Shown here: in pieces, positions 26,601 through 38,907 of the stretch | How the letters are laid out: each line of letters opens with the position of its first letter | Position numbering within the stretch: position 1 is the first letter of the stretch | Source of the DNA: Amoebophrya sp. A120 | Taxonomy: Eukaryota; Protista; Dinoflagellata | Direction: 5' to 3' | Length of the DNA stretch: 64,000 nt | Assembly: GCA_905178155.1 (NCBI GenBank) | Contig: CAJINV010000013.1 | Span: forward strand, 3,034,158-3,098,157 | Notes under the pieces: model-generated | Database searches by the model: none | What the model saw: only the letters and a program-made list of their open reading frames with translations | What the model was told of the DNA's origin: nothing | Program-made: the position numbers and the translations under genes

Positions 26601-29600
26601 ACGGATACTTGAAATGCCGAGGGGTGAACCTTCCTGTTTGCTCCGCGTTATTGGAAGCGAGGTTGAAGACCAAGGAAGCGGCCGCGTTCGGGGCTTGGGA
26701 GTGGGTGGCGGCGCAGATTGTGTCGAAGCGGGAGCTGAACGAAGAGGAGACGTTGTGCGATATGCTATTTCAGCAGAACAAAAAACTATATGGTGCTTCT
26801 GCGGGTTCGAATCTGAATCTCTCTACCTCTAGCACAACCGGGGGACATAAGCCCCTCTCCATGTCTCAACCGGTGTCCGTGAAGAGCTACGCAGACTCCC
26901 CCGCGAGCATCAACTACGGTGCGTCTTTCGCATCCACGCAGAGCCGCGTGCAGCACTTCCAGTTAAACAGTGCAGACGACGAGGACTTGTCGCCAAGAAG
27001 CAACTCGGTTCTTCCAGGAAATACAAATAAACAGGCGCGACCAAAGGAGATTGTCTTCACGTCCTCCTCCGAAGATGAGTCGGACAAGGAGGTCACCGCG
27101 AGTTCCAGCCGCGGACCTCAATCGGGTGGAGGACGGTCCAGATCCGGGCACAAGAGCGCGCGATCATCGAGCAAGCCGCCCAGAATCCAGAAGAAAAATG
27201 TGCCCGCCGTCCCGGACTTCGCGCAGCTTTCCGCCGCCGTGGTGGCGACGTTTCTCCACTTCATTTACATGGATCGGCTCGAATTCGAACTGATTGACGA
27301 CGACGACGAGGCGTTTGTGGTGGAGGAAGCGTCTGGCCCCGACGGGACCCGGGCGAATGAGCGGTTACTGATCTACGACGAAGTGGTGCAGCTGAAAGCG
27401 TTGGCAGACAGGCTGGGCATCGACCGATTGGCGAATTTGGTCGAGCAGAAACTGTTGCAGATTGTGGAACCCGCGAAGGTAAGTTCCTCGGGAAAAAGTG
27501 GCAGTAAAGCGAGTTCTTTGACTGCTTCGGGAACTACAAGTAAAACTGCAGCGACATCAAACCTGCCGCCTCTGTTCGTCGCAGCTTCCGACTTGCACGC
27601 GGCTTTGCGGCGGCTGTTCTTGCAGACCTTCGACCGGTTCAGGATCTACACATTTTTGGTCCACCACCAGAACTTGGCGAATTACAAGATCCAGCAGCAG
27701 CAGCAGCTTTCTAGTGCGGGCCCAAGCGGAGACATTGTGTCCAGTACGAGCTCCAGCTCGATGAATAACCCGATGAACAAAGTGCAAACAAAAAGCTTGA
27801 TCCAGCACGTGCAGCTCTTGGAAAACGAAGAAGGTTTTGGATCAGGTTCTTCTGCGGCTTCAAGTTCTTCCCTAAACTGCCTGATCCAGTGCGGCCCGGT
27901 CAAATATTGCCCGAGCTCGCACGCAGACAAAATCTTCTCGACCTCAACATCAACTGCGCTCACCGACACCATTCTAGCCGCGCACGCTGCAGTGTTGGTC
28001 GGAGAGTGTGAGGGGGGGTGCAACTTGGTGGAGCGGAGCTTGAGCGAAGAGATCAAATCGCCCGTGCACAGGGCGGTGTTGGGAGATGAAGATGACGAAG
28101 ACGAAATGGACGAAGACGCGGAAAACAAGTACAGTTTGCAGAAAAATAGGATCCATAATTTTCGGCTGCGCGTGAGAAAGACCATTGAACATGTTCATCA
28201 TTGTGCATTTACGTAACTGCTTCTTGTACATAGCAAGTGCGCCAAAAGAAGAAGAGACATCACGCCCTCATTTACTATCAGATACTACTTCCTGGACGTC
28301 TCCGACACCCCCCTCGACGTCGTCTTTACCGGTCTGTCCTTTCTTTACACGCAAGAGTTCGCCGACGTCGCGATGCCGTTTGTCCGGCCGCCGGTTTACA
28401 AGGACGAAAACCAACTGCTGGAGCAATTCTTCTACAACAGTGAGGAACTTTGGAACAGCCTGGATTTGGTCTCCACAGAGTACAACAACAAATCAAATTC
28501 CGACGACAATAACTCCGCCGATTATGGCGCCTCTAGCTCGTCTCGCAAGTCGCCGAACAAAATGCCGACGATTTTGACGAAAGAACAACAGCTGGAGAAG
28601 GCCATCAACATGCTGGATACCTACCGGACCAAGTTTATGTGGCCGCAGGAGCGGAAAATCAGTTTTTTCCTAGATCTCTTCACTTTCGCCGTGAAAATCA
28701 ACGCGGTGGCGCTGAAAATTTACACGGAAGACGTCCTGATCGGGCTACTCGCGGACAATTGTTGGGCGGACATGTGGGTGTTTGCGGACGAGATCGGGTC
28801 TGCTTCGAACCAGCTCACGCAGCAGAAGGAGGCACTGAAGCTGAAGGAGGCTGCCATTCAGTTCGGCTTGCGGCAGATCGCGCCCTTTGCATTTTTGCGG
28901 TTTTTTGGTAAGAACGTGGGGAAGCGGAACAAAAACTTCGTCGACAACGAGAGGAAGAGGAACGTTACTCTGCTGAAAAACGACAAAAGTGTAGTTGATC
29001 CATCACTCACCACCCAGGGGGATGCAACGCCACGGAACAACGCGAAGGGCAATCCTTCCGGAACGACCAAACAGAAAACTCCGGAGACGGCAAGCCCGAG
29101 TAATAGGAATAGGAAAAATAAGAGCGGAGGTGGTAAGAAAGACACGACGAGCAAAATGAATACTTCTTCACTGGACGATGAGGAGGAGCCCACGGAGTTG
29201 TTTTTCTCCCATCAGTCACAATGGTTCAAATCGAACGCGCTCGAGAAATTCCTGTTCGACTTGGATCTACCGCACATCTCCCCGAGCGAGAATTGGACGC
29301 CGATTTTGCAGGAGCACTTCAACTCCAATTTGATGCAGGAGGTGAAAAAGCGCCGCCCGGTCCAGTGGAACGAGTTCAAAGAACGCTTAGTGCAGCTACT
29401 CGTGGAGTTTGAGAAGGTGGAGTACAATCTGGACCTGATTTTGTCTAAATCCGTCTTCCACAACGACAACGATGATTTACAAGAACTGTTTTCCGTCGCA
29501 AAGAAGGGGTTTTCGTCGTTTTTCTTCAAGTCCACGGGCAAAGTGCCGGAGAAGGTGGTGGATCTGAACGACGCCAACGCGATCAACAAGTTATCCGTGA

Positions 29601-30163
29601 ACGAGCAGAACAAAATGCTTTTGCAAACCGAAGACGACTCGATCACGAAGGAGCAGCAAAATTTCATCCAGTTGACGAAGAACCAGAAGGGGAAATCCGG
29701 AAAAAATTCCTTCATCATTCGCTCGCGGGAGAAAATTTTGCCCATCTACCTCCTCGCAAAATACTTCTGGGAGTTCCTGGTTTTACTTGTCGCGATCTTC
29801 ATGTACCGATACCGGGACGCGCTGCAGGACCGAATTCTCTTGGTCAACGCGGTTCGCTATTTCTCCACCGAGTTCTTCGCGAACGCCTTTGTCTCGACCG
29901 CGGAGGAAGCGGATTTTTTGGAAAATCTGCACGCGCTGCGCACGGTCGACATCATGATTCGGAACTTCTTAGGGGCGCAGGAAGTTGTGCACAAACAGAG
30001 TGATTTGCCGGTTTTGCTGCGGCTCTACGACTATTTCACGCTTTTGCTGACGTATTTGCACTCCTTGTCCGTGGCGATCAAACTGAACCCGTATTTTGTC
30101 ATTATGGCGTTTAACGCGTTTTTGATCATTTCGGTGGTAGTTGCGTATGTGAAGTACGTGTAA
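23697..30163 (+). CDS. RCC1-repeat protein with BTB-like segments and C-terminal hydrophobic helices
   Basis: RCC1 repeats (LFTWGSGAYGRLGLG, SCGWYHSACVT, ISAGGSFSIALS..VFTWG, IACGDAHSLALD..VYSWG, IQAGFAHSMALT); BTB-like ATFLHFIYMD and ILAAHAAVL...FTGLSFLYT. One introner plus GT-AG introns 25508-25660 and 28129-28281. Confidence 0.8.
24026..24280. mobile_element. Introner, degenerate family C-like
   Basis: Ends tatcatgtgtaaaaac / gtttttattcggcata; TSD gatga; internal similarity to 35902 and 52877; removal gives DESDDELLQQ. Confidence 0.85.
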
Positions 30164-30927
30164 AGGAGGCTCGAAGAATCGATGATAATTTTACGACATG
30201 AAGCTGCTGCTGACTGTGGAAACGATGTGAATATTTATCATCAACACTGGCAATCATGCAGCTCCTTGCATTTATTTTTCATTTTCGACTGTTTCACAAC
30301 AAGAAACCTTTCACAACAAGTGTTGAGAAGATGCGATCAAAGTTGATTGCAGCTTTCTGCATCATATGAACCGAAGAACGACGGAGGTCGGATAAAATAA
30401 ACAAAAGACGCCAACCGAAAATTGAAATGACTGTTCCCCGTCTGCCAGCGCTACTGCAGTGCTACAAATAAGATCAACTACTACCGCTTTTTCAGAAAGT
30501 TGATCCATCTCTTGTTCGAGATTTTTCCTTCTGCTCTATGCTTCTTGCACCCCCTGTTTCTGCAGAGACCTTTTTTTTCCATATTTCAAGCGACCAATAG
30601 TTCGACCCGTTTGTAAATACTTATGATTCTTTTTCCCATGTTCATACCAAAATTTTCCGTTTGAACAACGAGATAGCGACCGAGCCCATTGCCTCGCAGT
30701 AGCGCTTCGCTTTGACTGAATTTATTTTGATTTTCATCCATTCCTTTCATACATTCCCGCATGAAATAAATTCTCAATTGTACTAGGTAACAAGTAAGAT
30801 ACAACTCAAGTGAAGAACCAAACTTCCGCATTTTTACATCTTCCGTTCGATACATTCTCTGGAAAACGGCACACACACACGTCCATGTCGTACGAGACCT
30901 CCTTCTTTGAAAAAGTTGCCTCCTAAA

Positions 30928-33731
30928 ATGACGCTGTTCGCCGCGACAGCGTCATCGGTGCTTTCTTTGACTACTTTTACGAGAAATTCTAGAACCCCCG
31001 CGGCCACCATGGGAGCAGCAGCTGCCCCACGCGGCGCGGGACAGCACTCGAGCAGAGCGGCGATTTTCAGCAGCTCGCTATGCTTCCTGCTTCACCTTTT
31101 CGCAACCGTCAGATCCCAGCTCGTCGGTCCCGGCGGCATGGTACCCTACGGGTCTGGCGGGGGCGGGAGACGGGTCAGCTACGGGGTGGTGCGAGACGCC
31201 AGCAAGGGGTTTTTCGTGGGCGGGTCCGCTATTGAAGACCTGAATGGCGTGTACGAGCGGGTCGGCGGGTTGCCGCGAAACTCGAAACACGTGGGAATTC
31301 ACTACAAGGACGGCTCGTTGACCTACTTGAACGAAGCGACTGGTTGGTTCATGGCCATGGTCGACGCCAGTCCAGACGATGGGCAGGACCCGGGAGTAGA
31401 TCCCATGACGGGGGAGCCGAAGCGAAAGGTAATGTATTGATTCACACGACCTGGCGGGTTTTGCTTTTGACATACATCATTTGTGTTACTGGTTCTTGCG
31501 GAAACGCGTTTGTCATGGATGAACTGCCAATCCCGACAATGAAAATCTCTAATCACAGATCGCCAGCCGCACCGAGTGGGTCTTCATTGATGAGAACGGC
31601 AAAGACCGTTTCTGGCACGAAGGTGAAACCATTCTCCCGGGCAGCGGCACCTCCTGGAAACACAAGCCAGCGAAGAGTGCCGGAGAGCGTGGCGCATTGT
31701 ACTGATTCATTTTTGGCTTCAACAGTTTTATGATTGTGTGCGCGGAAAATTCATTCTGATGTGGACAAGTATAAAATTTGCGTAGTTGTTGAGTTTGGTT
31801 CCTTTCCTGTCGTGAAGCTGCAGCATCTTCCACACTCAAAAACAGCGCCGACATTTTCGACGACATCTTTCCTGTGGCCACTGCCGAGGACAACTTCGTC
31901 GATCTGGACGAGCTCCCATGGCAGGTCATCGGCGTAATGGACCCCGATATGCTGCACCGACTGAAATACCACAAGCGGTACCACCAGCACACGATCAAGC
32001 GCGCGCTTTCCGGTGGGGATTTGCCGCAGCTTGCGGGCCACTCCGGCAACGGCTTTGTTTCCTTCGATATCGAGATGCCAAAGGTTTTGGAAAAATACTT
32101 CGATGTCAGGAACATCTTCCGCGTTACGGATAACAGCAATTTTGGCGAGAACGGGGAACTGCTTGAACAATCCGCGCAACAACTACAACAGCCGAAAGAA
32201 GTCGACGAGGTCTTGACAAAGAAGATCGAGATCGACGAGTCCCTCCACGTCTTCACGAAGGCGAACGTGGAGGTTTTGGAAAAGGTTCGGGATTTGATCC
32301 TGAAAATTCGCACCGAGATCCAGGAAAAGCCGACGAGCTTTTACGAGGACGTGAATGATATTTTGGAGCAGTTTCTGAAAGATAACGAGGGTGTGCTTCA
32401 GTTCGAAGCCAACCGGAACCGGTTGATTCTCTACGCCTGGATTGAAGCCGGGATTTTGAAACTGCAGTCCTTCTTCCTGCGCAGGGTCAACAGCTTGACC
32501 GATCCGGCAAAGTTGTCCAAAGAGGCGAAGGGAAAGGTCGAAAAGGCACTCGCGATGTTTCCGCGATGGAATGCGGGGCTGTTGGAAAACGCAATGGTGC
32601 AATTCGACTTGGGAGAACCGGGGAGGGCAAGGGTAAGTACTAAATTAGAGCGTAAATCATGACACGGTTTATTTGTTGTCCTGCTTGAGGTCGTGCTAAT
32701 TTTCGCACTGCGGGTAGTTTTGGTCCTGTGTAAAAATCGTAAATCCGTACTGTCTACTCGCGCTGTCTACTTTCCTTCTACGGCTTCATCAAAAAGTACT
32801 TTTCAAAAACAGCACTTCCTGGAGCAGATTCTGCGTTCCAACCGCAAGTACCCCGAGCTGTTTTCCTGGCTTTTGATCGCCCACACGCACGACAAGCGGC
32901 AGTGGGAGGCGCAGGTGGAGTACCCGGCGCCGAAATTTGGCGGGCTGTTGACGGACGAAAAGGAGAAGTCCAATTTTGACGACGAAAAGTCGTCGGATTC
33001 CAGTCGCGGGTCCTCAGGCAACAAACTGAAGAAAATCGAGAACCCGCAGCAGTTTCTTCGGGAGAAATCCAACTACTACCGCTTGCTCGCCGTCCCGGTC
33101 GATTTACTGTCCCCCGTGGAGGATGAGTTCCTGAAGAAGCAGTACCGACAGCTCTCCAAGGCGACCCACCCGGACAAACACGGAATCGAGTACAAGGAGC
33201 TGTTCCAAAAAATCGCGAAGGGGTACGAGACCCTGCAGTCCACGCAGAAGCGCCCGGAGTACGACGACGGGCAGGATTTGAGCGATTTGAAAGCGCAGCA
33301 CCAAGTCGAAGACGAAGACGGGCACAAAACGAAAACTCTCAAGGAAGAAGTGTCCGAGAATTACTTCCCAGAGAAGTATTGGATGTTTGAAGCTGTTTTT
33401 ATGGACTTTTTGGATTGCGCATGGATCATGCGCTACATTATAAATGAAAATATGGTTTTGTAGTTTGCATGAAATGATCTGTAAACTGCAGCAGGACTCC
33501 TGCAGTGCTACTTACCACCCTTCCCTTTCGCAATACAGGCACGGTTTTCACCCCTTCGGCGACCCCTTTGAGAGGAAAAAACACGAGGGGTACGGCGACA
33601 GTTACACGGGGTACAAGAAAACCAAAAACCCCGAGGAGTACACGGAGAAGACTCCGGTCAGGTACGCCTTCCCGCTGTTTCAAACCGGCGGAAACGACAA
33701 TCCCGACCTGGAAAGACGGGCGGAGTTGTAA
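30928..33731 (+). CDS. J-domain (DnaJ/Hsp40-type) protein with hydrophobic leader; canonical introns
   Basis: NYYRLLAV...LKKQYRQLSKATHPDKHG...FQKIAKGYETL...KRPEYD with HPD motif; GT-AG introns near 31429, 31677, 32633 and 33376. Confidence 0.85.
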
Positions 33732-34143
33732 GAACACGGCGTGGCATTGGCATAATATTTTTGACGATGAGTATTGGTTCCTGCTCGTCGTCGTGTTTTT
33801 CTTTTTTACGCCGGCTCTGGTGTCGTACCTTCAAATCTTACCTTCACCAACGCAGGCTCTCTCATACGTCTCTCTCCAGCGAACCACTATTTTGAGAGCC
33901 GTTGTATCAACATCATGTATGTATTCATTGTAAGTATCTGTCTATCTGTCAGTATGTAAATTTCCAACACGAACATCAATTTTCCAACGCACAACGCGCG
34001 CGACTTTTTTGTATACGAGTGTTACTTCTCATCTTTATTTCGCGCAGCGAAACCAGGGCAAGGAACAAAGAACTTTCCTCAACGCAGATCGGAGATTGCT
34101 ACCTCCAGGGGAGACGGTGAAAATAGCCTGCTCTTCCTTGTGG

Positions 34144-34189
34144 AACGACAGGAAAAATTTCTACTAAACGACAGAAAAAATTTCTACTA
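34144..34189. repeat. 23-bp tandem duplication
   Basis: aacgacaggaaaaatttctacta followed by aacgacagaaaaaatttctacta. Confidence 0.8.
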
Positions 34190-34738
34190 GCTGTGAATAT
34201 TAATCGTAGGAGGACAATCAGGTGTAAAATTTTGTCTCGGCAAATTGTTCCGACTACAAGTTATATTTTAGGCTGTACAAGGGGTTGCTGTTTTCTTTTA
34301 TCCTCGTTCAAATGCTTACTTCATCGAGCTTGGGTTTGTTTAAATGATTTTCCACGAAAAGAGCAACAACTACAACTACAAATGTTTCGGACGATGAAAT
34401 AATCCAGAGTGTATGTAGAGAAATTATATCAAGGTCCTACAAGTTTTGTGAAACGTGCAGAAACTGCACTTTCTCTTTCGTCTGTTCGTGGTTTTTCACT
34501 GCTTTTCGCGTTGTTTCCAACTCTCGATCCCAAAGGGAATAAACAGGTCGCGTCTTTAAAAGTATCTATTGTGTGGACATTTTTAATATTTTTTGCATTG
34601 AGATGACACTGTACTTTCACTTTGCTGCGAATTTTCATTTGTTTTGCTCCTGCTCACTGACTTGTTTTAAGTGTCAGAAAATCTTCGATCTTATTTTGCC
34701 TCGTGCATCTAGAATATTTTCTGTTTCTCCCTTTCTAA

Positions 34739-37110
34739 ATGCTTTTCCTTGCAAAACATGTGCTTGGTGTGGAGCTTTTTCCCGAGCACGCCAAGTGGAA
34801 TAATACTTCAGGGGAGCAGCATGGTTCAGCTAAAACCTTCGCGGAAAAGCGAGAAGAAGTTGACCAGATACTGCACTTTTTTGAAACCGAGTTGGAAAAC
34901 AAATACGAGGGGTATTTGTCTTCGTCGTCGGGGAGCAGCGGGGGTGAGGAGGAGGAACATAACGGAAGGAAAGCCTCCACAACGGCGAGAGCGCCTGCAT
35001 CTGCCGTAACGCAAGACAAAGCTGATGCCAGCAACCCCAGCACATCATCATCTTCATCGTCCTCTCCCACCAACGAGGATGCGACGGCAGGTACTATGAA
35101 AACGCGACTAGTACCAGCGAAGACCACGAGGAGGTTCAAACGGCACAAGCTAGCCTCCCTGCGCACAGATTACTACAACGCGATCAATGCGGCCGATTTT
35201 TCCGACGAGGTTTTGACCAATTTGATCGAGGACGAGTACCTGATCGCCAAGAAACTGACCCAGGCAATCCAGAACGACGAGATTCCAAGAATTAAGAATG
35301 CGCGGGCCGACTTGGTGAAAACGGTGGACGCGGTGCTGAAGGCCGTGGAGTACCAAGTCGTGGCGAAGAACGTCCCGCCGATACTGCTCGCTCTCAACGG
35401 ACACGACGTCCGCGAGTTGAACCGCCAAGCAGATTTAGCCGGAGCGGTCTCCAACTGCCGGGACTGCTACCACGAGTTTTTGGAGGTGCTGGCTACGGAT
35501 TGGATCCCACTTGTCGGCAAAATCGCGGACAAGATTAATAAGGCAAGCAACTTCGCAATCTCGGCGGAGCACAGGGATTTTCTCGCGAAGGGGTGTTGTG
35601 GGGCGAAGGGGTTCTACTCCGGGCTGAAAATCCTGACAACTTCGGTAGTTCTTGGATCAGCGTCTGCGAAAGCCTCAAACAAATCTTCGTCCAAGGCCAG
35701 TGCTAGTAGTTCTTCGTCTGCGCGTGCTGCTCGTGGTCTGTCCAAAACCAACACCGGCCCGGATTCCTGGCTTTCCCTGCTCACGCGGATGGCAACATCA
35801 TCTTCAAGGGCAACAGGAGCTGCTACATCCTCGACAGCTTCTTCGTTCTCCTCGTCAAGCGAGACACAACGACCTGCAGATCATGACAATCTGGGGGAAG
35901 ATATCCTATGTAAAAACGTCCCCACCCCATAGTCAAGATGGGGAATCGGCTAGACAAGTCCACGAGTTTTGGCTGTTTCGCATGACAGATTTGGATTCGT
36001 AGTGTAGTGCTTTTTGAGCTAGCTTAGCAGCATCACAGACCTAGCAACTCATGCTGATTGGAGCATGACAAATTCCAAAACACGGATAGAAAGTGCTTCT
36101 CATGGGGCTCCGCATGAGAAACATTTTCAGCATGCAGATTTGCATGAAAAATATGTGCTGGGGACGTTTTTAAATACGATAGAAGAAGACCACTTAACTG
36201 CCGCAGCGGAGATTTTTCACAAGTTCCTCAGAGACGAGGCGATCTTCTCGCAGGTGTTAGAGCATCATTTATCGTACGGAAAAATCCCCCCTCCCCATAC
36301 TGAATAGGTATATTTTTGGAAATTTCTGATGCTGATTTGTGGCCACAAACCGTGTCTGTATTGCAAGACAGCAACTCCGCAGGCTCCGCCGCACTATGCC
36401 GGCGGCTTGTCATGCTGTTGGGCCTACAGTGCGGCTGTTTTTCATGCTAAACGCCTAGGCCAGAGCCTCCCTGCTCACACTTGGTATGGGCCTGCAGTGC
36501 TCTCCAGCAAGACCGCTCGGATTTGTGTACACGAACCCAGCTTCAGAAGTATCGTTTTGATGTTGGGGGGGATTTTTCCTTTTGATATCATTCCCGGTCC
36601 AAGGAGATTAACCCTCTGAACCTAAACCCGTCCTTTCTCCAGTTTGTGCAGCACAACGTCGTAAGCAACTTGCTGCAGACGTTCTCGAAACTGTTCACGA
36701 TCCTGAACAGCTATTTGAACCAGCTCCGGCTAGACATCGGCGACCGCAAAGCGAAGCGGAATTTCAACGAGATGAGAAGAAAGGAAATCGCCGTGGAATT
36801 GCGGCCGATGATTGAACACGTCATGCTCAGGCGATTTTTGGCGAGGGGGGCGGAGGAATTTGCAGAAGCGGCAGCAAGGGCGAACGGCGTTCAACAAAGC
36901 AGAGGTGCAAGAACAGATGAGGCAAAGATGAAGTACACTCAGGCTGGACCTGGTAGTAACAAGGACCATGATCATGATAGTCGAAGTTGTACTGCAGGTG
37001 GAAGTGCGGAGATTCCGAAAAATCTAGACAGTAGCATCACAGCCACGACGACTCGAAGACGAAAACGGTATACAGACGCCGAGTTGTCTGCTCTGCTCAA
37101 CGACGATTAA
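34739..37110 (+). CDS. Hypothetical protein, two introners; start uncertain
   Basis: ORF 34739, exon 36187-36269 and exon 36593-37110 join in frame (LGEEDHLTAAAE; LEHHSRSKEINPL). Confidence 0.7.
35902..36181. mobile_element. Introner, family C
   Basis: TIR tatcctatgtaaaaacgtcccca / tggggacgtttttaaatacgata; TSD gaaga; highly similar to 52877-53156. Confidence 0.92.
36270..36587. mobile_element. Introner, family B
   Basis: TIR tatcgtacggaaaaatcccccc / gggggggatttttccttttgata; TSD tcatt; highly similar to 2216-2540. Confidence 0.92.
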
Positions 37111-37579
37111 ACGCCCAATAATCTCTGCGCCCTGCGGAGCGAGGTGCAGAACTTCGTGATTGCAGCAATGCTGCTGGTGCTGCATGTTGACGCTAATGGA
37201 TGTTCGTTTGTTTTTTCCAATACGGTGGGCATACGCGTACGTAAAGAAGTACGATCCTAGTCAGGGGTCTTCGGTTTAGTTTCACTTTGAGAGAAGATGA
37301 ACTGCACTTAAAACTACTCTGGGTCCGCCCTGGCGGCCATCTTATATGCAGGAACTAGACCTACTCCTAGTCCTACCCTGTCGTAGTGTTCGAGCTCCGG
37401 CTCACCTTTTCGACGATATTTTTGCAGGTGTTTGTTGCAATAATAGAGAGCGTTTTCATCATCTCGATCGAGGTGGTGTCCCCCACTTGAAGTTTTTTTT
37501 GTCAGTTTTGAGCGACAAAAATACCACCGATAGTAAAAACTGCGTCTAGAATAGATTATACCATCTACTGCGACAAAGA

Positions 37580-38096
37580 ATGACTCGCATCGACCGGTAC
37601 CCCTTGCTGCCGGGCGTTTTCGCGTCGGTGTACCCGAATCCAAAATCCGAAACCGCCCACGATACGAGCAAATCTGACCCCGCGCCACCGCCGAACGCGA
37701 AGTGCAGTGCAGCCGATGTCGCGGCGATGGTGGCTAAGCTGGAGCACGCGGCGCCAGGTAGTCTACTTTGTTGAGATTGATGTTACCATGCTGCATGACA
37801 GACCAATGTTTCTGATGTAGAACATCTACTGCTTTTGGTCATCAAGATCAAGACCAACATCTTCAGTTGTAACATTTTATCAAACTTCAACAGGACCGCA
37901 GTACGAGGCCAACCTTTCGTTGTTGAAGCGGTGTGTCTGGCTTCAGAGCAAATCAAGCGACGAGGGCTGGGTGCAGTTGCGTGCGGAGCTGGGGCCGAAG
38001 GGGACGGACTTTATGTCGCTGAACCGAAAGGATCCCCGGGTGGATTTGCTTACCTACGGAAAGCCGCCAAATACGTTGTCGAAATTCGGGTTGTGA
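37580..38096 (+). CDS. Small hypothetical protein, 2 exons
   Basis: MTRIDRYPLLPGV...EHAAP joined by GT-AG intron (~37758-37892) to GPQYEANLSLLKRCVW...SKFGL-stop. Confidence 0.5.
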
Positions 38097-38907
38097 TTTT
38101 TTACCAATCCTGATAGATTTGGTGTCGTTTCATCTCCTCGCGTGAAGACATCAGCCGCGCTTCGGTCTTGTTTGGGATTCAGATGAAAAGACGGCATCAT
38201 CGTACTTTTCAAGCGAAATATTAGGGAATCCTGACGGAAGAAATAGAAACGCGACAAACGAGCGGGCTTTCGCCTTTGAAACAAGGTGATACACTTGCGC
38301 CGTGTTCCACTCTGCATGCTTTGCTAGGAAGCGGTACACCTAAGAACCTGCTTCACCTTCCTGCTCCTATGTTGTTTCAGTTCTGAACAAAGCACAGCTT
38401 TTGTTTTTAACGCGTGGTAAATTGAGCGAAGCGACACGAGAACGATGGAGAGTGAGAGCTGCGCGGGTGTTATTCGCGCTCGCACCACACACATTAAGGA
38501 TCAAAGTCGAAGAGAATCTCTCTTCACATTTGATCTTCTCAAGAACAGCTTCCGCAAGGACGAGAGGTTCTGACTTTCTAGCAGCGGATGGCGTGTTGCA
38601 ATATCAGAGTAGATGACGTCTATGATGAAATGATGAAAAATCATAATGAACCGCTTCCGGCTGAACCTAGCCCGAAACTCTCGTCCTCTATTTTCCTTTC
38701 AGAAAAGTGCAAAGCGAAGTGTCTCGCCGGATTCGTCTGGACGGGATGCGCTGTGCGGCTCGGAATGTCCCAGTATATGTGATGGTCCTTTTTTATGTTC
38801 TGTTTCCGTCCTGATCCTTCCATGATGCGCAGCATGTTTCTATTGGTGTTTAGATTCGTCGTTTTTACAGTAGATTGCTATGTAACTGGAAACATCGTAT
38901 GAAAAAG

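Noticed and set aside
33376-33538. Intron starting g-tattg and ending caata-cag, possibly an introner turned canonical
   Set aside because: Only 5 bp of inverted match, no TSD, and the element-plus-5 geometry would frameshift; a plain GT-AG intron explains it.
34144-34189. aatttctacta repeated twice, resembling the start of a Cas12a CRISPR repeat
   Set aside because: Simple 23-bp tandem duplication; no unique spacers, no cas genes, eukaryotic context.
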